Positions 36,055 through 46,147 of a stretch of DNA of 64,000 nt are shown here, one piece after another; the stretch's first letter is position 1, and each line of letters begins with the position of its first letter. The position numbers and the translations under genes were made by a program. The stretch lies in IMG/VR virus record IMGVR_UViG_3300044911_003339, positions 32,001 to 96,000 of that record; one strand, 5' to 3'. This DNA is from a virus. A model generated the notes under the pieces. That model did not search any database, was not told the origin of the DNA, and was given only the letters and a program-made list of their open reading frames with translations.

Positions 36055-38325
36055 ATGCCGACCGCAATCTTCTTCAACGGCCGTCGCATCGTGCGCCCCG
36101 GCGCGTACTCCAAGGTGGACGCGAGCGCGCTCTCGTCCGTGAGCCCGTCTGCCGTCGGCATCGTGGCTCTCATCGGAACCGCAGAGGGAGGCAAGCCTCT
36201 CTCGGTCGCGTCGGAGGACAGCGACCACACGCGGCCGGAGACCGTGCTGGAGCGCTACCGCTCGGGCTACCTCCGCACGGCGGGCCAGTTCTGCTTCGAG
36301 CCTGCGAACGACGAGGCAGTGCCCGGTGGCGCGCAGCGTCTCGTGTGCGTGAAGGTGAACCCCGCCACGCAGGCGACCGCGACGCTCTTCGACTCGACGC
36401 CCACGGCGTCAGTGCTGCTCACGTCGAAGGACTACGGCGCGTTCACGAACCAGATCAACGTGGAGGTCGCCGCGGGCACGACGCTCGGCAAGCGCATCAC
36501 GGTGCGGTTCGAGAGCACGACCGAGGACTTCGACGACGTGGGCGGGCTCGACGTGCTCTCCCTCGCCTACCCGGCCGTCGCAGGGCAGTGGTCGAGCGCC
36601 ACGCTCGAATCGCTCACGACGAGCCTTCGCGTGAACCTCACGCGCTCGATGACGGGCCTCATCGGCGAGCGTGCTGCCGACATTCCCGCAACCGGCGTGG
36701 TGCGCGTGGTCTCGACCGACGCGGGCGACACCACGCAGACCGTGACCGTCTACGGCCTCGACGGCACCAACACCCCGGTGAGCGAGACGCTCTCCCTGAA
36801 CGGCACGACGGCAGTCGTGGGCACGCAGTCGTTCGCGAGCGTGACCGCAGCGCGGAAGAGCGCGGCCACGATCGGCACCGTGACGGTCGAGGATTCGCCG
36901 TTCACCGTGGCGATGTTCTCGCTCGCACCTGCGACGCTCACGCGCGGCCTCGTGTCCGTGACCGACATGACGGTCGCTTCGGCGCTCGCCATCTCGATCG
37001 ACACGCTCACGGCCGGTGCGAACGCGGTCATCCGCGGTCGGACGGCGGCGAACGCCGACATCGCGGTGCGCTGCGACCTCTCGGCTGCGGTGCCTGCGAC
37101 GGCGGTCTTCTCGCGCATCACGCAGATCGAACTCGGCGACGTGTCGGCCGCGCGCACGGTCACGGTCGCAGGCTCGATCAGCTTCTCGCACAGCGTCTAC
37201 AACACGGTGCAGAAGGTGCTCGACGCGCTGAACAACATCACGGGCTTCACGGCGACCAGCGAGGTCGCGAATCCCACGACGTTCCTCCCGAGCGACTTCG
37301 ACCGCACGCTCGTCGCCGTCTCCGCGACGCCCGGCCCCGCCACGCTGTCGGCCGACCTCTTCTACTTCATCGACAAGCTCAACAACGAATCCGCGTTCGT
37401 GAGCGGCTCTCGCGTGGCCGCGCCGAGCGGCGTCCGCGTGCCGGCGAACACGGCTGCTCCGGTCTTCCTCGGGGGCGCGGTCGAGGGCACGCCGACCATC
37501 TCGGAGTACCAGCAGGCGTTCACGCTGCTGAAGAAGCGCAGGGTGAACATCATCGTCCCGCTGACGGGCGACCCTGCCGTGCACGCGCTGCTCCTCTCGC
37601 ACCTCATCGAGCGCGCGGGCAAGCTGCGCTCGGAGGCGAACGGCTACGTGGGCCTGGAGAACGTCGGCCTGACGGCGGCCCCCGACCTCTCGCGCATCAA
37701 GTCGCTCATCCAGGTCATCCAGTCGCGCCACATCTCCGCGGTCGCGCAGGAGCCTCAGCGCTTCGATCCCGACACGGGCGAGGCGACCTACTACCCGACG
37801 TGGATGCTCGCCGCGATCGCCGCGGGCATGCAGGCGGGCTCGCCCATCGGCGAGCCGCTCACGCGCAAGAAGCCGCTCCTCACCGACTTCCGCCAGGATT
37901 CGTCCTGGACCTCGGAGGACAACGGCGACGAGCTTCTCGACGCGGGCCTCATGTTCTTGGAGAAGGTGGACGGCGTGGGAATCCGCTTCGTGCGCTCCCT
38001 GACGACCTACCTCGCCGACGACAACGTGGTCTTCAGCGAGATGAGCGCGAACGAGAGCGCGAACACCGCGGTCTACCGTCTGCGAACCGCGCTCGACCGG
38101 CGCATCGGCTCGCGCGGCCTTCGCGGCACCGTCGCGGCGATCAAGTCCCTCGCCAACGACGAACTCTCGCGCATGCGAGACGAGGAGATCATCGTGGACT
38201 ACAGGAATCTCCAGGTGGAGCAGGTCGGCGACGTGTTCCCGATCTCGGTGGAGATCGCGCCCGTCTTGCCGGTGAACTTCATCCCCATCACCGTGCATCT
38301 CGTCGCCACGCGCGCTGCGGCGTGA
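36055..38325 (+). CDS. Tail sheath protein
   Basis: FNGR.I.RPG.Y.KVD, ALIG.AEGGKP, SKDYG..TN.I, A..AG..AG...GEPLT.K, C-terminal P..P.NFI.ITV. Confidence 0.92.
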   Translation: MPTAIFFNGRRIVRPGAYSKVDASALSSVSPSAVGIVALIGTAEGGKPLSVASEDSDHTRPETVLERYRSGYLRTAGQFCFEPANDEAVPGGAQRLVCVKVNPATQATATLFDSTPTASVLLTSKDYGAFTNQINVEVAAGTTLGKRITVRFESTTEDFDDVGGLDVLSLAYPAVAGQWSSATLESLTTSLRVNLTRSMTGLIGERAADIPATGVVRVVSTDAGDTTQTVTVYGLDGTNTPVSETLSLNGTTAVVGTQSFASVTAARKSAATIGTVTVEDSPFTVAMFSLAPATLTRGLVSVTDMTVASALAISIDTLTAGANAVIRGRTAANADIAVRCDLSAAVPATAVFSRITQIELGDVSAARTVTVAGSISFSHSVYNTVQKVLDALNNITGFTATSEVANPTTFLPSDFDRTLVAVSATPGPATLSADLFYFIDKLNNESAFVSGSRVAAPSGVRVPANTAAPVFLGGAVEGTPTISEYQQAFTLLKKRRVNIIVPLTGDPAVHALLLSHLIERAGKLRSEANGYVGLENVGLTAAPDLSRIKSLIQVIQSRHISAVAQEPQRFDPDTGEATYYPTWMLAAIAAGMQAGSPIGEPLTRKKPLLTDFRQDSSWTSEDNGDELLDAGLMFLEKVDGVGIRFVRSLTTYLADDNVVFSEMSANESANTAVYRLRTALDRRIGSRGLRGTVAAIKSLANDELSRMRDEEIIVDYRNLQVEQVGDVFPISVEIAPVLPVNFIPITVHLVATRAAA

Positions 38326-38345
38326 GAAGGATTCGGAGGTAGGTC

Positions 38346-38783
38346 ATGGCCGAACTGGGCAGGGTTCTTTCTGGCGCACGGGCGCGTCTCATGATCGAGG
38401 GCGTTCCCGTGATGTACGCCACGAACTGCTCGTACTCGGAGGAAATCCAGTACGACCCCGTGGAGGTGCTCGACAAGCTCGACGTGGCCGAGCACGTGCC
38501 CGTCGCGTACCGAGTCACCTTCTCGGCGCAGATGGTCCGTGTCGTGCTGAGCCCGATCAAGAATCGGGACGGCGTGGCGATCATGCCGGTGCTGGAGGAC
38601 ATCCTCACGGCCGGCGAACTGACGGCGACCATCGAGGACTCGGTGACGGGCGCGGTCGTGGCGAGCATCGAGCGTGTGCGGGCCTCCCGCTACACGCAGA
38701 ACATCGGTGCCCGCGCGATGGTGCTGACGGATGTCGAGTTCGTCGCCATCCGCGTCCGCGACGAGAGCGAGATCGGAACCTGA
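38346..38783 (+). CDS. Tail tube protein
   Basis: 145 aa directly after the sheath; V.SGARA.L.I.G..V.YA, EH.PV.Y.V.FS. Confidence 0.85.
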   Translation: MAELGRVLSGARARLMIEGVPVMYATNCSYSEEIQYDPVEVLDKLDVAEHVPVAYRVTFSAQMVRVVLSPIKNRDGVAIMPVLEDILTAGELTATIEDSVTGAVVASIERVRASRYTQNIGARAMVLTDVEFVAIRVRDESEIGT

Positions 38784-38812
38784 TTCCAGGTTCCACACAG
38801 GGAGGGTGATCC

Positions 38813-39403
38813 ATGACGAGTGCATCGGCGGCGAGGAAGAGCCTCGCAGCAGCGCAACAGGCGGCGTCGAAGGACGAGACGGCGAAGAAGACCGTCTCGT
38901 CCGAGACGTACATCGACCTCGACGTGACCGACACGTCGGGGCGGCGCTTCACGGGGCGGTTCAAGTACCGCGTCCCGAACCTCTCCGCGATCGTCGAGAT
39001 CGGGAAGCTGAAGGCGCTGCTCGCAGCGGGTCAGAATCTCGCCGTCGTCGATCCGGCTTCAGCAGGCATCGTCGAGGTGACGGCGTACCTGGAGGTCACG
39101 ATCGACCACAGCGCGCCCGGCACGCCTTCGTGGTGGCAGGAGACCGACCACGGCTCGCGCCTCTACGACTTCACCCCGCTGCGGCGGCTCTACGAGGAGG
39201 TGCGCTCGTACGAGGAGAGGTTTCACGGAGGAGGTAAGAAGCGCGGCGAATCTGAAGCCGCTGCTCCAGCACCCGAAGAGCCCGGAGATGCAGGTGATGC
39301 TGGTGCGGACGCTCTGGGCGAGAGCGTTCAACCTGAGCCCGCTGGACCCGTCGTGCTCGCAGGTGACGGTGCGCGAAGCTCTGGAATGGATCGCCGCGGC
39401 TAA
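38813..39403 (+). CDS. Tail assembly chaperone (G-like)
   Basis: Between tube and TMP; G.F....P....V.I and P.WW motifs; low-complexity tail after TTT-CAC. Confidence 0.75.
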   Translation: MTSASAARKSLAAAQQAASKDETAKKTVSSETYIDLDVTDTSGRRFTGRFKYRVPNLSAIVEIGKLKALLAAGQNLAVVDPASAGIVEVTAYLEVTIDHSAPGTPSWWQETDHGSRLYDFTPLRRLYEEVRSYEERFHGGGKKRGESEAAAPAPEEPGDAGDAGADALGESVQPEPAGPVVLAGDGARSSGMDRRG

Positions 39404-39632
39404 CGCGGTCGAAGAGATTGCGAACGAGAGCCGGAAGAAGAGGGAGCGAGAGCAGGCGAGGTACAAGCTCGGAGACACGGAGGTCACCGTGCGCAGCGAC
39501 GAAGAGGCGAGGAAGCTCGCAGACACGCCGCACCTCACGGGCGATCCTGAGTGGGACGCCATCGAACTCGCCGCAACCGACGCTTCCCGGCCCCTGCTCG
39601 ACAAGGGAATCAAGGTGAAGCGTGGCCGGTGA
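39222..39632 (+). CDS. Tail assembly chaperone extension (T-like), probably reached by +1 frameshift
   Basis: +1 frame open from TTC 39222; LW...FNL.P.DP....T..E motif. Confidence 0.65.
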   Translation, partial: FTEEVRSAANLKPLLQHPKSPEMQVMLVRTLWARAFNLSPLDPSCSQVTVREALEWIAAANAVEEIANESRKKREREQARYKLGDTEVTVRSDEEARKLADTPHLTGDPEWDAIELAATDASRPLLDKGIKVKRGR

Positions 39633-41466
39633 GAAGCTGAAGACGACGATCGAGATCGGGGTCGATGACCGTCAGGTCCGCGGCCTCGGTCGAACGCTCG
39701 ACGGTGCGCTCAACCCGCGCACCGTCGATCGCTTCACGCGTTCGATCGATCGCGCCACGGCGGCCATCGAGAAGATGGCGAAGCTCCAGGCGGGCCTCGT
39801 CGGGCACCTGGAAGAAGCCGCGAAGATTCAGAGCGAGATGGCTCGCTCGATGGAGATGGCGCAGCGGCGGCAGCAGCAGCAGATGCCCGGAGGCGCGCTG
39901 GCTCCGACGCCTGGGCAGCGCTCTCCCGCAGACGAGCGCGAGCGAGACGAGCATCGTCGCGAGCTTGCGGCGCAGCGCTACCAGCGATGGGAGAATCGAG
40001 TCAACTCCGCTGGCGCTGCCGTCGTGCCTCAGGAGGGCATGATCGCGCGCGCCCTCGGAGGTCTCCCTTGGGTCGGCGGCCTGCTCGGCGGAGCGGCGAG
40101 CGCCGCCACGCAGTTCTCGTCGCACAGCGACGCCTACAGCCGCGCCCTCGCACAGACCGCAGGCGTGCTCGGCACCTCGCGCGGCTTCAACACCCGGATG
40201 CCGGGTGAGGAGCGGAGCGCTGTCGGCGCGTATCAGCGCGCAGGATTCTCGGCGACCGAGATGCTGCCCATGCTGCGCGAGCTTGCGCAGGCTGGTTGGA
40301 TCAGCGGCGACAACGTGCTCGGCGTCGCCCCCACGGCTGCGCGCCTTCAGGCAGGTCTCGGAGTGGGCGCGGGGCAGGCCGGCTCGCTGATCAGCGCGAT
40401 CGGCACGGCGCGCATGGACGAGCCGAACCCGCAGGAATCCATCGCCATCCTCACCGACGCAGTGGACTCCGGCATCCGCTCGGGCTTCTCGCGCTCCGTC
40501 ATCGGGCAGTACATGCAGCAGATGGCGTCGGACATCGAGGGGCTCCGACGGCAGGGCATCATGATCGACCCGCACGGCATGCTCGCGATGCAGCGGTTCG
40601 TGGCGAATCTCGGGCAGGGCTTCGCGGGTGCTGCGGGCCCGCAGGCGGCGCAGGGCATGCGCGACGCGCTCCGGGGTGCCCCTGACCGCTCGGGTGCCTT
40701 CTCGGCCTTCGCGATGCAGGCGGCGGGCTTCGGAAGGGGGCGCTCGGCCTTCCAGGCGGCCCGTACGCTGGAGGAGAGCCCCTGGGAGGTGCTTCCGACC
40801 ATCCTCCAGCAGATGAACGCTCGTGGAGGCTCTGAGGAGTCGCGCGCCATGGCGATCCGCCAGTTGTTCATGGACGGCGGTCACACGCTCTCGCGCACGC
40901 AGGCCCTCACGCTCGCGCAGATCGCCCCCGAGGACATCCAGCGACGCATCGACGACGCGAATCGACGCGGAGGGCTGTCGGACATCGAGCAGCTTCTCGA
41001 ACCCGGTGAGCGTGGGTCGGGAGGAGCCGCGGTCATCGCGGGCGAAGAGAATCAGCGCATCGCAGTCGGCCAGCGTGTGCGTCCCATCGTGACCCAGATG
41101 CGAGGGCTCGAACTCCAGTACGCGCGCGAGTTCGCAGAGATCGGCGTGAACGTCTTCAACGCGGTTCGCGAAGGGCTGCGAGAGGCAGCCGACGCCGCGG
41201 TGAGCGGAGGTGCGCGCGGGCTCATGCGTCATCTCGCGAGCACGGTCGCTCCGAGCGGCTCAACGGCGCGAGCTTCCGCAGACCAGTGGGAGGCCGGCCG
41301 CGAGGACATCAACCGCTCGTTCGACGAAGCCATGGCTCCGGTCATCGGCTCGCTCCAGGACTTCGATTCCGCGCTCTCGACCGTCATCAACCGGATCAGT
41401 CGCTTCTTCGGTGGAGGCAGCGAGGCCCCCGCACCCGCAGCGCTCTCTGCCGGAACGAGGGAGTGA
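39622..41466 (+). CDS. Tape measure protein
   Basis: Follows the chaperone; helical, Ala/Gly/Gln-rich, 614 aa. Confidence 0.75.
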   Translation: MAGEKLKTTIEIGVDDRQVRGLGRTLDGALNPRTVDRFTRSIDRATAAIEKMAKLQAGLVGHLEEAAKIQSEMARSMEMAQRRQQQQMPGGALAPTPGQRSPADERERDEHRRELAAQRYQRWENRVNSAGAAVVPQEGMIARALGGLPWVGGLLGGAASAATQFSSHSDAYSRALAQTAGVLGTSRGFNTRMPGEERSAVGAYQRAGFSATEMLPMLRELAQAGWISGDNVLGVAPTAARLQAGLGVGAGQAGSLISAIGTARMDEPNPQESIAILTDAVDSGIRSGFSRSVIGQYMQQMASDIEGLRRQGIMIDPHGMLAMQRFVANLGQGFAGAAGPQAAQGMRDALRGAPDRSGAFSAFAMQAAGFGRGRSAFQAARTLEESPWEVLPTILQQMNARGGSEESRAMAIRQLFMDGGHTLSRTQALTLAQIAPEDIQRRIDDANRRGGLSDIEQLLEPGERGSGGAAVIAGEENQRIAVGQRVRPIVTQMRGLELQYAREFAEIGVNVFNAVREGLREAADAAVSGGARGLMRHLASTVAPSGSTARASADQWEAGREDINRSFDEAMAPVIGSLQDFDSALSTVINRISRFFGGGSEAPAPAALSAGTRE

Positions 41467-41469
41467 CCG

Positions 41470-43296
41470 ATGCGCGGGCAGCACACGCGCGTCATCCCGA
41501 CGTTCTACTCGGCGCAGGGATTCTCAGGTGAGGTCGTTGACGGCTATCACCAGGACTTCGGTCACATCGTCGGCTTCACGCACCAGAAGGCGTTCGGCGG
41601 CGCGAGTGGTCGCTGGTCGATCACCTTCAAGAAGGCGAGTGCCGACCCGCTGCGTCTCTGGCGCGAGCCCGAGGGCGTGTGGGTCGGCCTCGACGTGCTG
41701 CTCGGGAATCGTCGTCATCCGCTGACGCTCGGTCACGTCGATTCGCTGCGCAAGAACGTGGCTCGCGGCGGAGGTGGCGATCGCGACGTGACCTTCACGC
41801 TCTCGGGACGCGACATCGGCAAGCCGCTGGAGACGACGGAACTCTACATCAACATCTACGAGCAGACCGGGGCGATTCCCATGGTCCCGCTCTACGACGC
41901 GGTGCAGGACGACCTGGAGGGATCTCCCGACACCATCATCGCGTCGATCATCAAGGCGTGGCTCGGCAACAACGGCGTGGCCGACAAGCAGTGGGTCCTG
42001 CCTCCCGGTCTCGGCTCGGGCTCGACCGCGTTCTTCGACGAGCTTCGCCTCGCGCTCGGAACCACGCGCGGACGCATCTACGAGCCTGCGCTCTACAACC
42101 CCGACCAGTGGCAAGGCCGCAAGCTCTGGGAGTGCCTCCAGGAGTACCAGAACGGCCTGCTCAACGAGATGTGGGTCGATTACGCGCCCGAGCGCCCGAA
42201 CACGACCGACCCCAGCACGCCGGCCGAGAACCTGAAGCCGACGCTCTTCCTGCGCGAGAGGCCCTTCCCGACATTCGAAGGAGGTCATCGCGCGTGGGAC
42301 GCGCTCACGACCTGGAAGCTCCGCTTGGAGGACTACAGGAGCCTCGACGTGAACGTCGGGAATCCGACCGAGCGCTTCAACTACTGGATGATCGAAGGGC
42401 AGGGTCTCGGCAGCGAGCGCTACGAGTCGATCGCGTACGTCCAGGAGTCGGTGCAGCGCCAGCGCGGCGAGCCCGGCTCTCTGCCGATCTACAACCTCGA
42501 ATCCATCCGCAAGCACGGCTTCCGTCGCTGGCAGCAGAGCACGCGCTACCTCCCGCTCGCTGACGAGAAGGAGTGGCTCCAGCAGTGCGCGCCGTGGCTC
42601 CAGATGGTGCACGACTGGTACGTCATCTCGCCGCAACTCGCCTCGGGCATCGTCCAGACCTCGCGCCTCATGCCGTGGATTCGCATCGGCGACCGCGTGA
42701 AGATCACGGAGTACGAGGGGCACACGCGAATCTACTACGTCGAGGGTGTCTCCCACGCCTACCAGTACCCGCAGGCCGGAACGACCACGCTCACGATCAC
42801 GCGAGGTCAGCGGATCGATGAAGACCTGCTCTCGGTCTACTATCGGACGGTGGTCAGCGCGCAGGTCGAGGAGAACGACCGCGCTCGCATCGAGGAGAAT
42901 CGTCGCATGAGCGTGGAGGACGCAACCGATCGCGCGCTCGCGTCCTACGACGCCACGGTGGGCACGCCGCTCGACTCGCCCGAGGAAGGGCTCGACGCGA
43001 GCGAGGCGGGCAACCTCGATCGTGTCGATCCTGAGGACACGTCTGCGGTCGCCGACGACACGACGCTCGGAGACGATTCGTCGCTGCGGGGTCGCGAGGT
43101 CGCGCCCGACGCAGAGGCCCTCGTCGAGACCCCGAGCGACGACACGGCGGCGACGAGCCTCGAACGAGGAGACCCGATCGCGACCGAGGATGCTCCGACC
43201 GATGACGTGCGCGCACCCCTGGAGGACCGTCCTGGCGTCGTCCGCATCTCGGAGCCGATGGTGTTCGAGGGCCGCATCGGCGGAGGTCGCCGATGA
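41470..43296 (+). CDS. Baseplate hub protein
   Basis: K..G..SG.W.I.F, G.VDS.R, ..L.GRD.GK.L, LNE.WVD, LRERPF, IRIG.R, YYVEGVSH.Y...TT.LT.TRG; acidic tail. Confidence 0.75.
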   Translation: MRGQHTRVIPTFYSAQGFSGEVVDGYHQDFGHIVGFTHQKAFGGASGRWSITFKKASADPLRLWREPEGVWVGLDVLLGNRRHPLTLGHVDSLRKNVARGGGGDRDVTFTLSGRDIGKPLETTELYINIYEQTGAIPMVPLYDAVQDDLEGSPDTIIASIIKAWLGNNGVADKQWVLPPGLGSGSTAFFDELRLALGTTRGRIYEPALYNPDQWQGRKLWECLQEYQNGLLNEMWVDYAPERPNTTDPSTPAENLKPTLFLRERPFPTFEGGHRAWDALTTWKLRLEDYRSLDVNVGNPTERFNYWMIEGQGLGSERYESIAYVQESVQRQRGEPGSLPIYNLESIRKHGFRRWQQSTRYLPLADEKEWLQQCAPWLQMVHDWYVISPQLASGIVQTSRLMPWIRIGDRVKITEYEGHTRIYYVEGVSHAYQYPQAGTTTLTITRGQRIDEDLLSVYYRTVVSAQVEENDRARIEENRRMSVEDATDRALASYDATVGTPLDSPEEGLDASEAGNLDRVDPEDTSAVADDTTLGDDSSLRGREVAPDAEALVETPSDDTAATSLERGDPIATEDAPTDDVRAPLEDRPGVVRISEPMVFEGRIGGGRR

Positions 43297-44354
43297 GCCG
43301 CTTCGGCCCCGTGCTGGGTCCCTCGGGCGAGATCGTCCAAGGAGGCGTCGCACCCCGCCTCGCCGGCTCCACGCCGCGCTACGGGCCCCGCGGGACGCTC
43401 TACCGGGCCATCGTGCTCCGCACCTTCACGACCGACGACCCGGTGCGCACGGAGGGACGCAAGGGCTCGACGGATCGCACGGTGGACGTGGAGTGCGACG
43501 TGGTGCTCACGAAGTCGCACGTGCGACTCCGACGCGTGCCGGTGCTTCAGCGCAACCACGGCTTGAACGACCTGCACAACGTCTGGATTCCGAGGCCGTG
43601 CTCCCGCGTGATCAACGTGGACGGCACGACTGATCCGAATCGCCAGTTGAACCTGCGAGGCGTCTCGCGCCGCGGCGTTCCGATCAGCGTGCCTCCCGCC
43701 TTCACTGACCTCGACGGCGATCACGTGCTCGTCTCGTTCATCGACAACGACATGGAGTCGCCCGTCATCGTCGGCGCGCTCGCGCACGCTCGCACGCGCA
43801 GGCTCGTCGTCTCGGGCAGCGGGTGGCGCGAGGACGGCTCGGGCGCGGCCCGCGGCGAGGTCGGCGAGAACGAGTTCTACACGCGTCACCGCGGGACCGA
43901 GGTGCGCATCAACGATCAGGGCGACCTGCTCTTCGACGCGCTCGGCGCGACCACGAACGAAGAGAATCAGTCGCCCGGAAGTGGCATCGGTCAGATCCGA
44001 TTCCGGGTGAAGGACTCGACCCGCCTCACGATCGAGGTGGACGGCACGGACGTGCTGGAGGTGTGGCAGGACGGCGCGCAGGTGCGCATCGACCTCGGCG
44101 AAGGCGCGAGCGAGAGCCTCATCCTGGGCGACTCCTTCCGCTCGTTCCTGAACGACTGGCTCACGCACGTCTTCGCGCAGCACCAGCACCTCCCCGGTAC
44201 GCTCACGAACAGCGGAGGTGCCGTCACAGGGCTCTCGGGCACGGTCTCTCCGGTGACCGTCCCGCCGCTCGTGCCTCCACCTCCCCTCTCCTACACCGGC
44301 TCGCAGATGGCGGCTTCGCTCCTCTCCGACCTCGCGAAGACGAAGCGGACCTGA
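43293..44354 (+). CDS. Baseplate central spike (gpV/gp45-like)
   Basis: OB-fold-like DGDHVLV.FI......P.I.G; beta-repeat region; C-terminal HQH metal-binding tip motif. Confidence 0.75.
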   Translation: MSRFGPVLGPSGEIVQGGVAPRLAGSTPRYGPRGTLYRAIVLRTFTTDDPVRTEGRKGSTDRTVDVECDVVLTKSHVRLRRVPVLQRNHGLNDLHNVWIPRPCSRVINVDGTTDPNRQLNLRGVSRRGVPISVPPAFTDLDGDHVLVSFIDNDMESPVIVGALAHARTRRLVVSGSGWREDGSGAARGEVGENEFYTRHRGTEVRINDQGDLLFDALGATTNEENQSPGSGIGQIRFRVKDSTRLTIEVDGTDVLEVWQDGAQVRIDLGEGASESLILGDSFRSFLNDWLTHVFAQHQHLPGTLTNSGGAVTGLSGTVSPVTVPPLVPPPPLSYTGSQMAASLLSDLAKTKRT

Positions 44355-44367
44355 CAGGATCACCACC

Positions 44368-46146
44368 GTGACCGCATCCACCGATAGAACGACGATCTCC
44401 GCCCCGAGCTTGCTCCAGGCGGAGACATCGCTTGTCGATGCTCGAATCGGCTTCCAGAACGGATTCGTGTTCGAGCTTTTCGACGCCGCTCCCGGTGCCG
44501 GAATCATCGCGACGCACGTGCTCGTCCTGAACCCGAGCGGCTACACCCTCGGCGAGCCGTTCCAGGCTGCGCTCACGCCGACCGAGGACAACTCGATCGT
44601 GGCCGAAGAGGTCGGCACGATCATGCGGGACATCACGCTGGAGGGCACCTTCGGCTTGGCGAAGAAGCGCGTGACCTCCTTCGACGGAGCGCAGGGAGGC
44701 GGAGCCGAACTCTCCGGCTCCGAGCACTTCATGAAGCTGCGGAATCTGTTCCGCGAGTACAGCCGCTTGAAGAAGGATCACACGCGCTCCGAGAACATCC
44801 GCATGCACTTCCACGCGCTGCGCGACGACGACCACTTCATCGTCGTCCCGAAGATGTTCGAGACGCCGCGCGACGCGAAGGGCAACCGCGTCCACTACGA
44901 ATACAGAATCCAGTTGACCGTGGTCGGCACCGTGGATGGCTCGACGCTTCGCCCTCGCGCAGACGAGTCGGACTTCAGCGATGCGCTCCGCGACATCAAC
45001 GAATCCTTCCACGACATGCGCGGTTACTTCTCCGACATCACCGCGTCGATCAGCAAGGCGCGCCGCTACGTCGGCACGATCAACACCGTGATGCGCCAGG
45101 GCGCGGTACTGATCAACTCGGTCGGCAACGTCGTGCGCGGAGCGAGCAGCTTCATCGAGGGCTCGATCCTCGGCTTCGTCTCGACCATCGAGGAGTACGA
45201 GCGCACGAGCCTTCGTCTCGCAGATTCCATCGTGGCCTTCCAGGTTGGCACCGACGACCTCTTCGGCGTCGAGCGCGCCATCCGAAGGCTGGAGGCCGCG
45301 GGCGACCGCATCGCGGCCTACCCGGAGAAGTTCGCGCCTCCGACGGGCTCGGGCGTGGCGGCTGCGTACGACGGCGAGCGCCGCCTCACGCAGCGAGACG
45401 TTCGAGAGCGCACGGCGGGCGCGAACGTCGGCTCTCGCACTCGTGTCGCGCTCGGCTCGGAATCTCGCGCGGGGCTCGACCTCTCGGTCTACACCGGCCG
45501 CCTGACCGTGATGGTGACCCGCACGGACACGGTGGAAGGTCTCGCGGCCCGCTACGGTGTGGAGCCCGAGGCGATCATCATCATCAACGACCTGCGCCCT
45601 CCCTACATCGCGGAAGGTGGCGGGCCGGGCATCTTGGCTCCTGGCGACGAGATGCTGATTCCCGTCATCGGCGGAGCGGCGCTCACCGCGAGCCCCTCGA
45701 ACGCGTTCTACCGCACGCCCGACGACCTGCTCTACGGCGTCGATTTCATGATCGACCCCACGACGTTCGAGCGCGAGGGTCTGTTCGAGATCCAGATCGA
45801 CGCCGCGCACGGAGCGACCGACGCATCGCTGATCCGCGGTGTTCAGAACGTCGTGCAAGGCACGCGGATTACCATCGAGACCGAGCGCGGCTCGACGACG
45901 TTCTTGCCGCAGGTCGGCATCTTGCGGAACGTCGGGGTCCGGGGGACGCTCCAGCACATGTTGCTCGCCGCTCTCCGGCTTCGCGAGGCTGTTCTCTCCG
46001 ACCCGCGCATCGAGCGGATCGCGAGTTCACGCATCGTGCTGGAGGCCGACGTGCTGACGCAGGAAATCACCCCCGTCGTTCGCGGTCGCACGGCTGCCCC
46101 CACGATCGCAATCCCGTTCGGCCGCGCGTCTGGCGGAGGAGCCTGA
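44368..46146 (+). CDS. Fused baseplate protein: tube-initiator-like + LysM + gp25-like
   Basis: LNP..Y...EP, ITLEGT.G, Y.Y.I.L; TDTVEGLAARYG......INDL..PYI....L.PGD..LIP; GV.N..Q.....TERG.....P..G..DPRI..I. Confidence 0.7.
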   Translation: MTASTDRTTISAPSLLQAETSLVDARIGFQNGFVFELFDAAPGAGIIATHVLVLNPSGYTLGEPFQAALTPTEDNSIVAEEVGTIMRDITLEGTFGLAKKRVTSFDGAQGGGAELSGSEHFMKLRNLFREYSRLKKDHTRSENIRMHFHALRDDDHFIVVPKMFETPRDAKGNRVHYEYRIQLTVVGTVDGSTLRPRADESDFSDALRDINESFHDMRGYFSDITASISKARRYVGTINTVMRQGAVLINSVGNVVRGASSFIEGSILGFVSTIEEYERTSLRLADSIVAFQVGTDDLFGVERAIRRLEAAGDRIAAYPEKFAPPTGSGVAAAYDGERRLTQRDVRERTAGANVGSRTRVALGSESRAGLDLSVYTGRLTVMVTRTDTVEGLAARYGVEPEAIIIINDLRPPYIAEGGGPGILAPGDEMLIPVIGGAALTASPSNAFYRTPDDLLYGVDFMIDPTTFEREGLFEIQIDAAHGATDASLIRGVQNVVQGTRITIETERGSTTFLPQVGILRNVGVRGTLQHMLLAALRLREAVLSDPRIERIASSRIVLEADVLTQEITPVVRGRTAAPTIAIPFGRASGGGA

Positions 46147-46147
46147 G

